From Podarcis liolepis (Eukaryota), in NCBI GenBank assembly GCA_965112155.1, contig OZ218099.1: a DNA stretch of 64,000 nt; one strand, 5' to 3'. The notes beneath the pieces are model-generated. The model did not search any database and was not told where the DNA came from. It saw nothing but the letters and a program-made list of their open reading frames with translations. Numbering within the stretch: the first letter of the stretch is position 1; each line of letters starts with the position of its first letter. The translations under genes and the position numbers were made by a program. Shown in pieces: positions 41,225 through 53,717 of the stretch.

Positions 41225-41542
41225 CAGACCCTCCAAGTGTCCCTATTTTCCAGGGACGTCCCTGATTAAGAGAAGCCAGCCCAGGAATGTCCCACTTTTC
41301 CTTAGGATATCCTTATTTTCATCTGAGAAATGTTGGAGGGTGTGGAGTTATCCGACCCCCGAACCGTCTGAAGGCAATCTGGTATAGGGAAGATTTTTAA
41401 TGTTTTATTTATGTTTTTATATATCTTGGAAGCTGCCGAGAGTGGCTGGGGCAACCCAGTAAGATGTGTGGGGTATAAATAGTAAAATTATCATTATGGA
41501 ATGGGCCATCCCTATCTTCATCGGAGAAATGTTGGAGGTATG
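41225..41542. mobile_element. Composite MITE containing an L2-like 3' tail fragment
   Basis: Left end CAGACCCTCCAA. The right-end motif GAGAAATGTTGGAGG occurs twice (41325-41339 and 41524-41538). CACTGC on both flanks. Confidence 0.6.
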
Positions 41543-42074
41543 CACTGCGTGAGCAGCTCACACTCATGCAGTGGGCCCTCCCTCGCTCATGCTCCCTATT
41601 TGTCCCCCATCCCTCTGGAACAAATTTTGAGAGTCTGGTGGAGGCTGCAGGAGAGACGAGGTGCAAGCTCCATTGCACAAGTGGATTTCTGCTGTGTGAG
41701 TGGAACAGCAGTCTTGGATAAAACCCACTGTTTCTGCAGAAAATCCAATGAGTAAAAATATCCATAGAAACTGCAAACCTTATTTACACGGGGGTGAGGG
41801 GTGGGAATATGAGATGGCCTTTTGGTAAGAATGATTTTGTATGAATGTTGTGAAACACTTGTATGCATTAGCAGCACAAAGGCCACAATAATGTGACTTG
41901 TAAGAACATATTTTTCCCTAGTAGGTCTATTAAGGGTGGCATCCCTATTAATGAGCAGGGGGCAGGGTGTTAAGCATTAGCTTATGACCCTTGCAGCATG
42001 AAGCGGTACACTCTGGTAAATGTGTTCGATTTGTCATCTGTAGTTTACATGATCTTGTACTTTTGAGAAAGCAA

Positions 42075-42288
42075 AAATAAAAAAATTCCTTCCAGTAGCA
42101 CCTTAAAGACCAACTAAGTTAGTTCTTGGTATGAGCTTTCGTGTGCATGCACACTTCTTCAAGAAGTGTGAAGAAGTGTGCATGCACACAAAAGCTCATA
42201 CCAAGAACTAACTTAGTTGGTCTTTAAGGTGCTACTGGAAGGAATTTTTTTATTTTGACTATGGCAGACCAACACGGCTACCTATCTG
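42075..42288 (+). mobile_element. Short fold-back Penelope-like element (copy 2)
   Basis: ~88-bp inverted arms (42074-42161 and 42169-42256). 14-bp TSD TTTTGAGAAAGCAA at 42061-42074 and 42289-42302. Both arms carry incomplete hammerhead motifs. Confidence 0.75.
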
Positions 42289-44429
42289 TTTTGAGAAAGC
42301 AACATTCTGTACCTGAAATTACTTGAAAGGACAAGGAATGTTTGCTTCTGCAGACACACAGATATCTACCACTATGTTTTCTTCTAGAAGATACAAATAT
42401 TTTACCAAGAGCAGTGGTAAACTATTAACAGTGTATATAATAAAAAAGTTTGATCCTATGAATCAATTCTTCATTGCACGATACTTTGATTCATTTTTTT
42501 CCAAAAAGTAGGCAGTGAAAGAGTTATGCAAACAAGTCACAGCCAGGCTTCCCTCTTGTTCCAAACTATGATTGCAACAAATACAAAGCACATAATTATT
42601 ATACAAGACAATCTGCATACAGAAATAGAGAATGTAGCGAGAATCAAAATTGCCCAAATAGGTGACAGGTGTTAAAGAACAATCTTGTGGAAAGGTCAAA
42701 CTGTCTCTTCAATATGTGCTAGTCTCAATTCTGTTCTGCAAATGTAAAGTCTTCTATATTGCAAATGACAAAGGTTTCCTGTTTATGACTAGCAATCACA
42801 ATAGTCAGCATTGTTTTAGAGCATGATACAAATGGTTAATTCAAATAAAACAGTTGCATAGACTCATAAAAATGAAGAGCCGGAAGGGACCCTGAGGGTC
42901 ATCTAGTCCAACTCCCTGCAATGCAGGAATCTCAGCTAAAGCATCATCCATGACAGGTGGCCCTCCAACTTCTGCACGGTAGCAAAAAAAAAAAATCATT
43001 TGGTGAAAATAAAAGAATGTGAGAACAAAGGTAATCCTAGTGGGGTTCAGATTATCAGAATGGCATGACAATGTACAGTAAAGATTCTACACAAGAGTCC
43101 TTTGAGAGAATAGGCTTCAATGCTATCCTATACACAGTTGTCGGCAAATAAGTCCCATTGCACACAGCAGGGCTTACTTCTCATAGAGGATTGTACTGTT
43201 CATTTTTATTAAAAAAAATTATCTCCTAAATGGTTATTCAGGCATAAAGGCGCTGAACAGAATTCTCTTGCAAAGGCAGTTGTTTTGCAGAGTCGCACAC
43301 TGAATCTAAGTAATTCTCTCTCTCTCCCTCTCCTCTCTCGTCATAGTTGATAATCCAATCAACAGAAGCAGCGAAGTGTTTGGATCATCACAACATAGAT
43401 ATGTGGCTTGTGACTGGCCAGATGTTCCCTGCCAGGCCATTTTGTGTTAGTGACCAGTCAGCAGCCACACTCTAGCATAAGGTGACCCCTGCCTCTGCTG
43501 CTGCCTCATGATGCTCAGTGGTAAGGACACAGAGCACACCCCCTTCGCCACATGTGACCATTCAGACCAGGTGCCCCCTCCCTATAAGTAATCTGCTTAT
43601 GAGCAATCAGTGCACATGGGGATATAAAGCCCCAAACTGGAGACTGAGTAAACACAATGACATTCAAACAAGATTAAAGTTAATGTTGACGCAATGACAA
43701 AACCCTGATAGATGGTCCCAAACCAGCAAATACAAATGGCAGTCACAATATAAGCTCTCACAGCCTCGAGAGATCTTTTCAAATTAGCTTTGATGAGTTA
43801 ATTAAATTCAGAGGCTCACATAATTAAGCAATCAACCAAAACCTAAGACAGCGAAACCTGTTTGTTGATGAGGTCATGAGTTGCTTTTCCTTACACTTTT
43901 CTGGATTCTTTGGAAGTCTTTGGAGACTTTCAGAGGATACCATTCCTAATAAATCTGTTTTGTATTTCCTTGTGCTGAGACTGGGTATATTTTTGTTGTT
44001 GTTGCTAGTATCTAAATTCACAGTTATGTACCCTGCTTCCTTCTGCTTGGTGTTTTTCATTGAGATTATTTGCAGAAATTTAGGATGAAGATGGTGGCAA
44101 CCCATGTTGTGTAACAGGGATGGGGAGCCTGCGTACCTATGGATGTTGTTGGATTACAGCTCCCTTTATCCCTAAAACATTGGACAGCTTGGTTGGGGCT
44201 AATTCAAGTCCAGCAACCTCTGGAGATCCTATCCCTGGGTTGGAGAATTAGACAGAAGGAGGGGTGGTGCCAATCTGAGCTCTTTGGCTGTGTTCCCCTC
44301 CAAATTGTGCTAGGATGTTTGCATTCAGCTCCATGTTTGCATTGAGCTAGGGTGGCAAAAACAAGTGTCTGAGCACCAAACTGAGATAAGGGAAGGGCAC
44401 CAAGCTGAGCTCCATGGTTGTGCAATGCA

Positions 44430-45560
44430 GAACACCTTGTAGTGAGCCTATTGTGGGAGGTAGAATGTGGTGCAGATGGTCTAGCTTGATATAAACACCT
44501 GCACTATTGATGTTGGAGTGGTTGGTGAGGGCTCTGTAGAAATCCATACAGTGGCTGGTAAGTGTCTCTTCTGGTAGCTTCTCAAGTTTGCACAAGAATC
44601 CCGATGCATCACCCATATAGTCAAGCTGCTCAACTGAAACGTGAGTAATGTTGACAAATGTGTAGAAGAACTCTCATTTGAAGATTTCTTCTGAACACAC
44701 TCCTCATTGTGAGTCTGACCCTCGTATTCACATTTCCTCTTTTTTCAGTGCTTACATGGTGGTTCTTTGATAGCGGCATCAACATCAAGGGCTTCTGCAG
44801 GCTCTTTTACGGTGATCACTGGCTTTCAGTATCTGGCTCCACTGAACAGAGGCAGAGAATAGCACAAAGAAAGGGGCAATAGACTCCTTTGATGATGAGG
44901 CTGCATCTGAAACTAATAGACTGAGACAATGACAGCCATGGAGTAGCTTGTCAGTTCAGTGTAAGCAGTTGTTGCCTGGGCACCCTTTTTTGTCCTATCA
45001 TATGGGTACCATTATATAACTTTGGTTGTGGTAGCCCTTAACCTTAATATTGTTTTCCTCAAGTTTCTTTAGAAAAAGGTCCATAAGCCCTTCTTCGGTT
45101 AATTCATGCATTGTTCTGAATTCTATGAAATATTCCTTTACAGAAACCTTTAGCACCCACCTTTGTCAACAAATCTTAAAGGGATTTATATCCGGTGTGC
45201 AAACTAGTATGACAGAGTAATACTTGGCTATGAACAGCCTGCTCTCTATGTTCTCTGACACTTCCTTGGCCATAAAGACTATCAGTTGATTCTCAATGGT
45301 TTTCCCACAGAAGTGATCATTATGCGCCTTTGGAGATGCACACCGCAAATGCTCACCCATTACCTCATCATACTTGCCAAGCAGCTGTACAAGCCGCAGA
45401 AAAATTCCATTGTTATATGAAAAGTGCTTATCTGAATATCCCCAGAATGCCAAGTTGTGTGTCACCAGGAACAGTATAATATCTGTTAGGCATTTGACCC
45501 TCCAGTGCTGAATTTCTTGGTTTATAATCCACTGATGTTCTGCATCAATGAACATAATAA
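44430..45560 (-). pseudogene. Fossil hAT-superfamily (Tip100/ZMYM1-like) transposase, frameshifted and internally deleted
   Basis: ORF 45555-45166 has NLAFWG...NNGIFLRLVQLLGKYD...EHL...IENQLI...AKYYSVILVCTPDI. Downstream frames give VKEYFIEF...EGLMDLFLKKLEENNI...QSY/NGTHM, then GCHCLSLLVSDAA (hAT CxxH region) near 44900-44940, and KKRKCEYE...GFLCKL...HC. Confidence 0.85.
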
Positions 45561-46620
45561 TGAATAAAGGCCTACAGCTCCATGAGAGTCATCCTTTGAG
45601 AGCTACCCAAACCACTGGGATTCTAGAACTGCAGCAGGAGTGCCCTGAAAACAGAGCAGCAAACAGGAAGTAGCTTAATCTGGGCCATTTTCATAGGCAT
45701 TGCTGGGGAGAAGCTGGGGAGTAGCAGACCTCCTTTGAAGAGGCTCTGAGTCTCCTGAGCCTCTGTGGTGACCAAAATACCACAAGGATGGTGGAATAAA
45801 CCCCTCCCGATTTGTCCCCATTCCTTCCCATTTGGCACATTTGAAACCCACTGCTGTGGAGGGATCCATTGTACAATGCAAAACCCTGAGTCTCTTGGAA
45901 GCAATGGCACCAGGCTATAACTTTGCATTGGCACAGCAGGACCTAGTTCTATTTGCCTGGGATGACAGCCCTGAACATTAAGCCAATCATTAATTATCAT
46001 GGAAAATGGGGTGTGAGAATGTTGATAGATGCTAAAAGATTTCTCTATTTATAAACTCACAGGATTTCAAAATATCACTCGAAGCCACATGTTTGCATCA
46101 TTTGACTAGGAGTAATGTGAAGTAGCTCAGAGCATCTTCCCTTTCCTACATTTCTTAGAGCATCCAGCTTTATACATAATGCTGAGTGGTTTATTAAATT
46201 TGACAGTATTTCTGCAGGGAGAGTTGATAAAGATCACGAAAGGGCATGTGAGACAGAAAAGTGCCAAGGAACAAAGTGTTGTTATGCCATCCAAGAGATC
46301 AGCCTTAAGACCCTGCAAGCCACTCAGGCCCCCAGCTTCTTAAGTAACATCTGAAAATACAGCTTAGGACAACATTACATGAAACAAGCAGGCATGGATA
46401 TTGTAAAGCCACAGAGGTGTTTCTGCTGATGTGAATGCAAATAATACATATAGCGCATCACAAGGATCGCATAATGTATCTGAACCAAGTGAGTAGAAGC
46501 TTTATGCATACTCTGCATGATCTGCAGGAAACCATTATGGTGGCAGAAACCGTGCTGCTCTTAGCCAGTGTGCGTAGTAAATAGAGTGGAGACCCAGGTT
46601 CAAATCCTTGTTCAGCCACA

Positions 46621-46792
46621 CAGGGCCACCCCAAGACATTTTGCTGCTGGATGCAAAGGACAAGATAGACATTTTGCTTACAGAAGCTGAGTAGATTGGT
46701 CGCTGAATCTTATTTCACCAGCGCTCCCTGCCTCCCATCACCTGCCACCTAAAGCGGCCCCCTCACCCTGCCTAATGGTAGTGTTGGCCCTG
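46621..46792. mobile_element. Old hAT-like MITE (related copy near 7538-7865)
   Basis: CAGGGCCACC...GTTGGCCCTG termini. Shares CCCCAAGACAT.TTGCTG...GCAAAGGACAAGAT and CTGCCTAATGGTAG with 7550-7860. Confidence 0.55.
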
Positions 46793-48560
46793 AAGTTCAC
46801 TTGGCATCTTTGCGCTAGTTGCTCTCTGTCATCCTAACCTACCTCAGAGGGTTGTTGTGAGGATAAAATAGAGGATGTGAACAGCTCTGAGTTTCTGTAA
46901 GGAAGGGCATGATAAAAATGTAACAAAGACCATCATTTTGAGTGCAAAGTACTAACTAACAGTATAATCTTAACTATGCCTCCTCAGAAGCAAGTCCTGT
47001 TGAATTCAGTGGGGATTACTCTCAAGTAAGTGGCATTAGGCTTGAAGCCTAAGTCAGCAATTCAGGTCTGATGGAAATGCGTAAAAAGTTACTTAAGTTC
47101 TGGGCGAGTCTGCCTGCCAGACAAATCAACTTACAATCACAGAAATTAGGTGAGTCGTTCTATAATGAAGTGGGGTCCTGACATGCTGCCAATTGTGAGG
47201 TTGCAGAGGCAGGAGGGGAGGGGATGGGGAGAGGACAAAAATAATGTGGAAGCCTTAAATTCAACTTAAATTCACTTCTAAGACCGAGATTGCAGGCTGA
47301 ATAAGTGTTTGCCAGGTGCCACAGATAAACAGGCCATCCACCTAGGATTCTGCAATAGAGGAGCAATGGCTTTATCCTTATTAAAAAATGGCTTTATCCT
47401 TTAAAAAAAATAAAAATATAAAGCCATGTTATGTTTTGAAAACAGACACATCAAAACACACTGATAGTTTTTATGAAGATTCAGAACTGTATGTGCTTCA
47501 AGTCCAGCAGAAGCTGAGGTTAGGTGGTGTATGTTTTGGACTAACTGGAGGAAAACTTACAATGCTTCTGATTACTATTATTTACTATAGAACAGGATAC
47601 ACACAGCAGAAACAATCAGAGCATTGTTTTCTTGCACAAAATGTACAATATCAATTTTACAAAACTCAGCCATAATAAAAGGTTTTCAAATTAGTCATTT
47701 CCTGCTCCTTTTGACCCCCTTTTGCATGTGGAGATAAAAACGCCTAATTTTGGTGTTTGGAGAAAGCGACTGGCACTTGCCATTCATTGCAATTTAGCTG
47801 AGTACCTTGTAATTATCTGCTGATTATGTTCTAAATGAACTCTGTAATGCCTTTACATCTGTTCAAAGCCGCACACATTTTCTCGATTCAGAAGGAGCTG
47901 AAGGAACGTTGCTACTTAATATCGGTTAGAAGGAATACAATGAGAGCAGCCAGCCTACCTTGGCTAATTAATGAAAGAAAAACAGCTTCTTAAAAAAACG
48001 AGATAACTTAATGGATTGAGAGGCTGTCAGTGGAAACAGTGAGAGAAAAATGGCACACTTGCTCTTGACAGCTGCTTTCTTCTGAGATGTGGCAGAGCTC
48101 TAGCAGTGGGAGGTTGGGAGTAAGATTCGTACACCCCAGCATTAGATTAGAAAGGAGTGCGTACACTTTGCCAGTCACAGGTTCTCTTTTTTTGTGTGTT
48201 CCACTGACTAGACATGAATCTGCGGAAATCTGCAGGCAGCAATTTTTAAGTGTGGAGTCAGTGTGATATGCACTTCCTTTACATAAGAAGAGCAATTGGG
48301 GGGGGGGGTGAAATTCACAGCAGTAGTCACCCATAATAATTCTATCCTCCTTGGTTTGTTGAGTTAACCCCCAGGCAGTGGCAGGACTTAGGATTTTAAA
48401 GTGTCATTGGTCCAACTCAGCAAGGAAATCTAAGCATGGAAGCAGTCTTCATTTCTACTGATTTTGGACTCATCTGAGACTGGGGGGCTCTCTTTTCCAA
48501 TACAGAAAGCATTTTATGGTCGTTTGTGCTCAGGACCTCACAAGGAAGAGTCAATGCATG

Positions 48561-48706
48561 CAGTGGCGTAGCGTGGGTTGTCAGCACCCGGGGCAAGGCA
48601 AGTAATTTGCGCCCCTAACCCGTGGATTTGCGCCCCCTAACCCTAACCCCCAGATGTTGCGCCCGGTGCGGCCGGCCCCCCCTGCACCCCCCACGCTACG
48701 CCACTG
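48561..48706. mobile_element. hAT-like MITE containing TTAGGG units (opposite orientation to 39522-39690)
   Basis: Same 17-bp TIR. Perfect TSD AATGCATG. Confidence 0.92.
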
Positions 48707-51377
48707 AATGCATGCGTTTGGCTTACCGGGTAGCATGCAAGAAGAAATGAGCAGGTCCTGTTGCTTTCTTCCTAAAGTTTCACATAGGTTGTCAAGTTCT
48801 GACCCAACTACCCCTGCAAATACTTTTGAATAAATAAATACAGACCTTCTCCTTCCTTTGCACTAGTTGGTCTTACCAGGTGGTGTGATAGCAGTTACTG
48901 GTCACAATGTATTTCTGTTTTGAGCAGGCATGCTGCAGAGGAAAGCTTTAGACAGCCATTTTCACCTCCCAGCATCCCACATGGGATCCAAAGATGGTAG
49001 GTGCGACTGTCTGGATCTTTGCTTGGCAACACGCACACTCTCTTAAAATAAAAAAAAATGACATTGTGGGTGGCAGTTACTGATGGAATGTGATTTTTTT
49101 GTGGGGTTGGCCGAGGCCTCCCAGACCTGTGTCCCATTTTCTGGCTCTAAAGGCACCCCTGAATGCCAGTGCAAGAAAGAAAGAAAAAACGTTTATCTTG
49201 ACTTCCTTGCCAGTTTTCCAAAGAAACACATCGTTTCAAATATCTCAAGTGCTTATAAATATTTGCCAAACTGCCTTAAGATGAAATATGTGTAGTACGC
49301 TTGGCCAAATTGGATTTCCTTCCACTTATTTATTTTGCCTAGGAGTTGCCATATGTTTGGAAAGCAGTCAAGTACTGAGTCTGCCTGCAGGAGAATGGGC
49401 AAGAGTAAAAAACTGCTCTGCATAAGACAAGAGATTGGGAGAGCACTGATAATTTTTGTTACATGAATATCTACCTTCAACTTTGAGGGTCATTTGTGAA
49501 GTCTAGCAGGCTGGAGAGCAAGAGCAAGCCATGATATTCAAGATAGATGGGGTGAAAATACTTGCTAACTTTTAGGTGGGGTAGGACAACTATTCAAAGC
49601 AGGGAAGTTCAATTATGCAGACAGCTGCCAGATTGACTTAGATCGAGGTTTGCTTTCTACCACTCTAAGTCTTGTCTTTTCTGTTATGCCCCCAACCTCC
49701 AGACAAAAATAGGAAAGGGATAGGTTAGTTGGTGAGCACCCACCACCAGAATTCTTGGCAGGAAATCGCACTCCAATTACCATTTGCTAACAGGGCTTGT
49801 TCCAGGGTGCACAGAGGCTGGGCAAATTGCCATAGCTCATCCACCCAGTGGGCTTACTGTGATGGTGTACCAGCACTGACACAATCCATAGTGGGCACCT
49901 ATGAGCCGCCAATTATTTTGACGTTCCCTGCATTGAATTGTTCCAGGACATAGTGATGATGTCAAAATGGAATGTTCCTATCTTTCTGCTTCTCTATAAT
50001 TGCGTGTGAAGACCCACAAAACTACCCCCAAAATGAAGACACCATAGACACAGATTTTAGTTTAATGTTAGTGGCATTAAATTTTGGCAACAACTTTTTT
50101 GATTACAGCATGTGAGTGGTTGCTTAGGCATTGGTTCCAGACTACATGAACCTGCACGGTGGCAGGAACAGGACTGACACTGGGCACCACTATATGTCAG
50201 TAAGGGAAAGCATCCTGGGGGAGCCAGAACTCCTTCGATCTCACAGCTCACCCCAGATGCTCCCAGGGGCTCTGGCGTGGCCCTAGCCCCTTGACAGGGT
50301 TCTGACAAAAGCAAGGTGAGCCCCTGGATTCCTTTAATGGAATTCCCTAGCAGCAGCGATGGAGGGGCAGACACAGCCAACCACGTCCCCTCCCCAAAAC
50401 ACTGAACCAAATGCCTAACCGCCAACCTTACAAAGTTGTGACATTTGCTACACGGTAGGCAAAAACCAAGTGGCACCAGCCAATCAGCCAAATGGCAAAA
50501 TTCTTACCGGGCCCCTGCTCCAAAACAGACAACCCCTAGACAGGCATAGCAAGGCCATAAGAACAACCCTAATTATAGGGAGAGGAGGGCGGGTGATCCG
50601 CTGCACGTCGCAAGAAAGCAACGTTCAGCAACTTAAGTAGCCCCTCAGCAGCCAATAGCCAACCCAACTGACCAAATTTCTGCCTCAGCATCATGGGGCA
50701 TTGTGGCCATCCAAATGGTCCCGCCCCACAACAGGGAGGCAGTTTCTAGTGATCTCACCGCAACACATGCCCTCCATGATGGAGGACCTGAATTAGGAGA
50801 CACTGAACAGAGACTGGTGAACGGATGCAGCTCAAGGTCCCTCTTCAGGCAATCACAACCAGCAACTGCTTACCTGCATCAGGCTTATTTGCCAGTGATG
50901 AGGAGGCCTGCTGTTGGACCTTTCATTGGCTGCAATGACCACAAGTTACTCTGTGTGACCAACATGCACTCTCAGATGCACCCAACTTTTTTGGTGGGTA
51001 TGGCAACCACTGGGTTCAGGTAACAGCCCTAGTTTCACTTTACAGAAAATATTGAAATGTAAATAGACCAGCTGTCCCAGTGGCAGAAAAAGAAGACTCG
51101 TACTTTCCCCTTCCATATTTCCAGCCTTAATTTGCATTTTAATTATATTTCTCAGTGTTTCTGAGATCATTTGAAAATACTGCTGACAACTGTTGAAACT
51201 ATATTCTCCATATGTATTCTCTGTATCTACTTTGAACGTGCTGAATGCAAAGCAGATTGGAGAAACTTGTTCCTCCCAATTTTATAGATAATTTGAAGGT
51301 CCTGTTCTTCCTGCCTGCCTAAGCAGGAGAAAGCCAAGAGAAGAAAATATAGCTTTTCTTGTAGGTACATTTATGTA

Positions 51378-51619
51378 CAGTGGTACTTTGGGTTAAGAAC
51401 TTAATTCGTTCTGGAGGTCCGTTCTTAACCTGAAACTGTTTTTAACCGGAGGTACCACTTTAGCTAATGGGGCCTCCTGCTGCCACCACGCCGCCACCGT
51501 GCAATTTCTGTTCTCATCCTAAAGCAAAGTCCTTAACCTGAGGTACTATTTCTGGGTTAGCGGAGTCTGTAACCTGAAGCGTCTGTAACCTGAAGCGTCT
51601 GTAACCCAAGGTACCACTG
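51378..51619. mobile_element. Tc1/mariner (Tigger-like) MITE
   Basis: TA TSD and same TIR and body as 39186-39427. Confidence 0.92.
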
Positions 51620-53475
51620 TATTTGTTTACAGTACTATATTTATAGAACCACCCTAAAAAAGAAGCTCTTTGGGCAGCTCACAAAACAGAATACATTAAC
51701 ATATAGTTTTTAGTGTTTTATATTGTAACAATTTATTTAAAAAACAAAAAAAACCCTGAAATCCAGTTAAAACACTTTTAAAGACACAATTTAATACCAA
51801 AAGGCCAAGACCGTGAACCATAAGGGATTAGATAAATTAGATGAATAGAAAAGTATTTCCCTGGAACTGAAAATGCTATTAAGATGGCTCCAGGTGAACT
51901 TCTGATAGTCCTTCATTCATCCTTTCTTTTTAGATCACCCTTCAATGGAGGTTCCTAGGGTGGTGCCTAGTTTATTATTAAAATCTCTTTAGAAGCACTT
52001 TTATCATTTTGGTGCTGCATAAAGACTTCCTTGTTTTGCCTAGGCATTTTCAGCATTTTAGCATATTAATTATTAGTTTTTGGTGATAAGTTAAGCTGCT
52101 TTGTTGATTTAGTTTAATTGTTTAAATGTGGTTTATGGTCTGTATTTAGTTTTGTGTGATTTCATGCATTCTGTGCCCTCCCCTGGTGTCTATTGAGATG
52201 CAGAGCAGGTGACGTGCCTTCTAAGCCAATCCTCCCTTAAGCAGCTGTCCTTGATATGTTGTTGTTCTGCAACTCCTACCAAGCTGGACCATTACCCACG
52301 CTAACTGGGGCTAATGGGAGCCCAGCAACCTCTGAAAAGAACCTGGCTGTTCTAAATATAAGCGTCCTAAAATAGTAGGAGGTTTTTTTTAGCTCCTATA
52401 AGCTTCAAACAAAAAGCAAAACTACATTCTAAAATGTCGCTAATTCTGTTCAATTTTTTAACATATTCAACACCTCACCATTCTTCTGCACACAAGAGAG
52501 AGAAATATCTTGAGGTTTATGAGGCAGTTTTATAATGAAAGCCACTTCTCAGTTGTTAAGGTGTTTGTCACCACACCACTCTAATCTGAATTGGCTTTCA
52601 ATTCCACATCACAACTAATCCGCATGCCTTTGATTCTCCAGCTAATTAGAATGCTTTTCTCTCTTATAGATATCTCCAAGCATATTTGTGTGTTTATGCT
52701 AAAACACCTGTTTTTAGCCGATAAACAACAGAGTCTCTGGATATCAAGCTTAAGCTGTGTAGAGTGCATTAGGCAAGCACTCCGCTATGCAAAGATCGAA
52801 CAAATCTCCACATTCATTGAGCATAATTCATTTTGCATCTCATGCACATTATACCATTAAAAGAGCACAAAGCGGGTGTTGTTCCCTTGGGGCCTTGTAT
52901 CATCCATTCTGCTAACTGTCAGGACTTCCTGGGTTGTTTTCAAGATACATAGGAATATCCACCTTTCTTTAAAAAGAAAAGAAAAGTGTGCTTCTTGTGA
53001 ATAAATGCCTAGAGAAAAAGATTAATGATTCACCTGAGTTATAGAAGCACAGTGATTTAATAGGAATTGTGGATAAGTTTGCAGGATAATATATGACTCT
53101 CCAACTTAACAGTAGCTCAGGGATGGGGAACCTGACTTACACCCAGTCAGCCCCAGCCAGCATGGCCAATGGTCAGGGGAGATTAACGTTGTAGCCCAAC
53201 AACATCAGGAAGGTCAAAGGTAGGTAGTCATTACATGATTTGTCATTCCAGATGATTCACACATGCACCTATGCGAACATATTTAGCCCATATTTCATGA
53301 TGAGATACCTTTGAATCTGAGTTGCAGCCATGAACTGCTTCCATAAAGGAAAATGTTGTGTGACATGAAAAATATTTATAGTATTTGATCTGTGGCAGTT
53401 GAGTCAGACCATCACAGGATCAAAATAAGAGTAGACATGCGTGAAGTCAAGTTCAGAGCAAAACTGGTAGTGGTA

Positions 53476-53717
53476 CAGTCAAACCTCGATTCCAAAACAC
53501 CTCTGTTTTGGAGCGTTTCAGCTCCTGAACACCACAAACCCGGAAGGAAGTGTTCCAGTTTTTGAACGTTTTTTCAGAAGCTGAACATCTGACGTGGCTT
53601 CCGCTCGAGTGCAGGAAGCTCCTGCAGCCAATTGGAAGCCGCGTCTTGGTTTTTGAACATTTCAGAAGCTGAACAGGATTCCAGAACAGACTACGTTTGA
53701 CGACCAAAGTTTGACTG
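53476..53717. mobile_element. Tc1/mariner MITE
   Basis: TA-CAGTCAAACCTCG...CAAAGTTTGACTG-TA. Confidence 0.75.
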
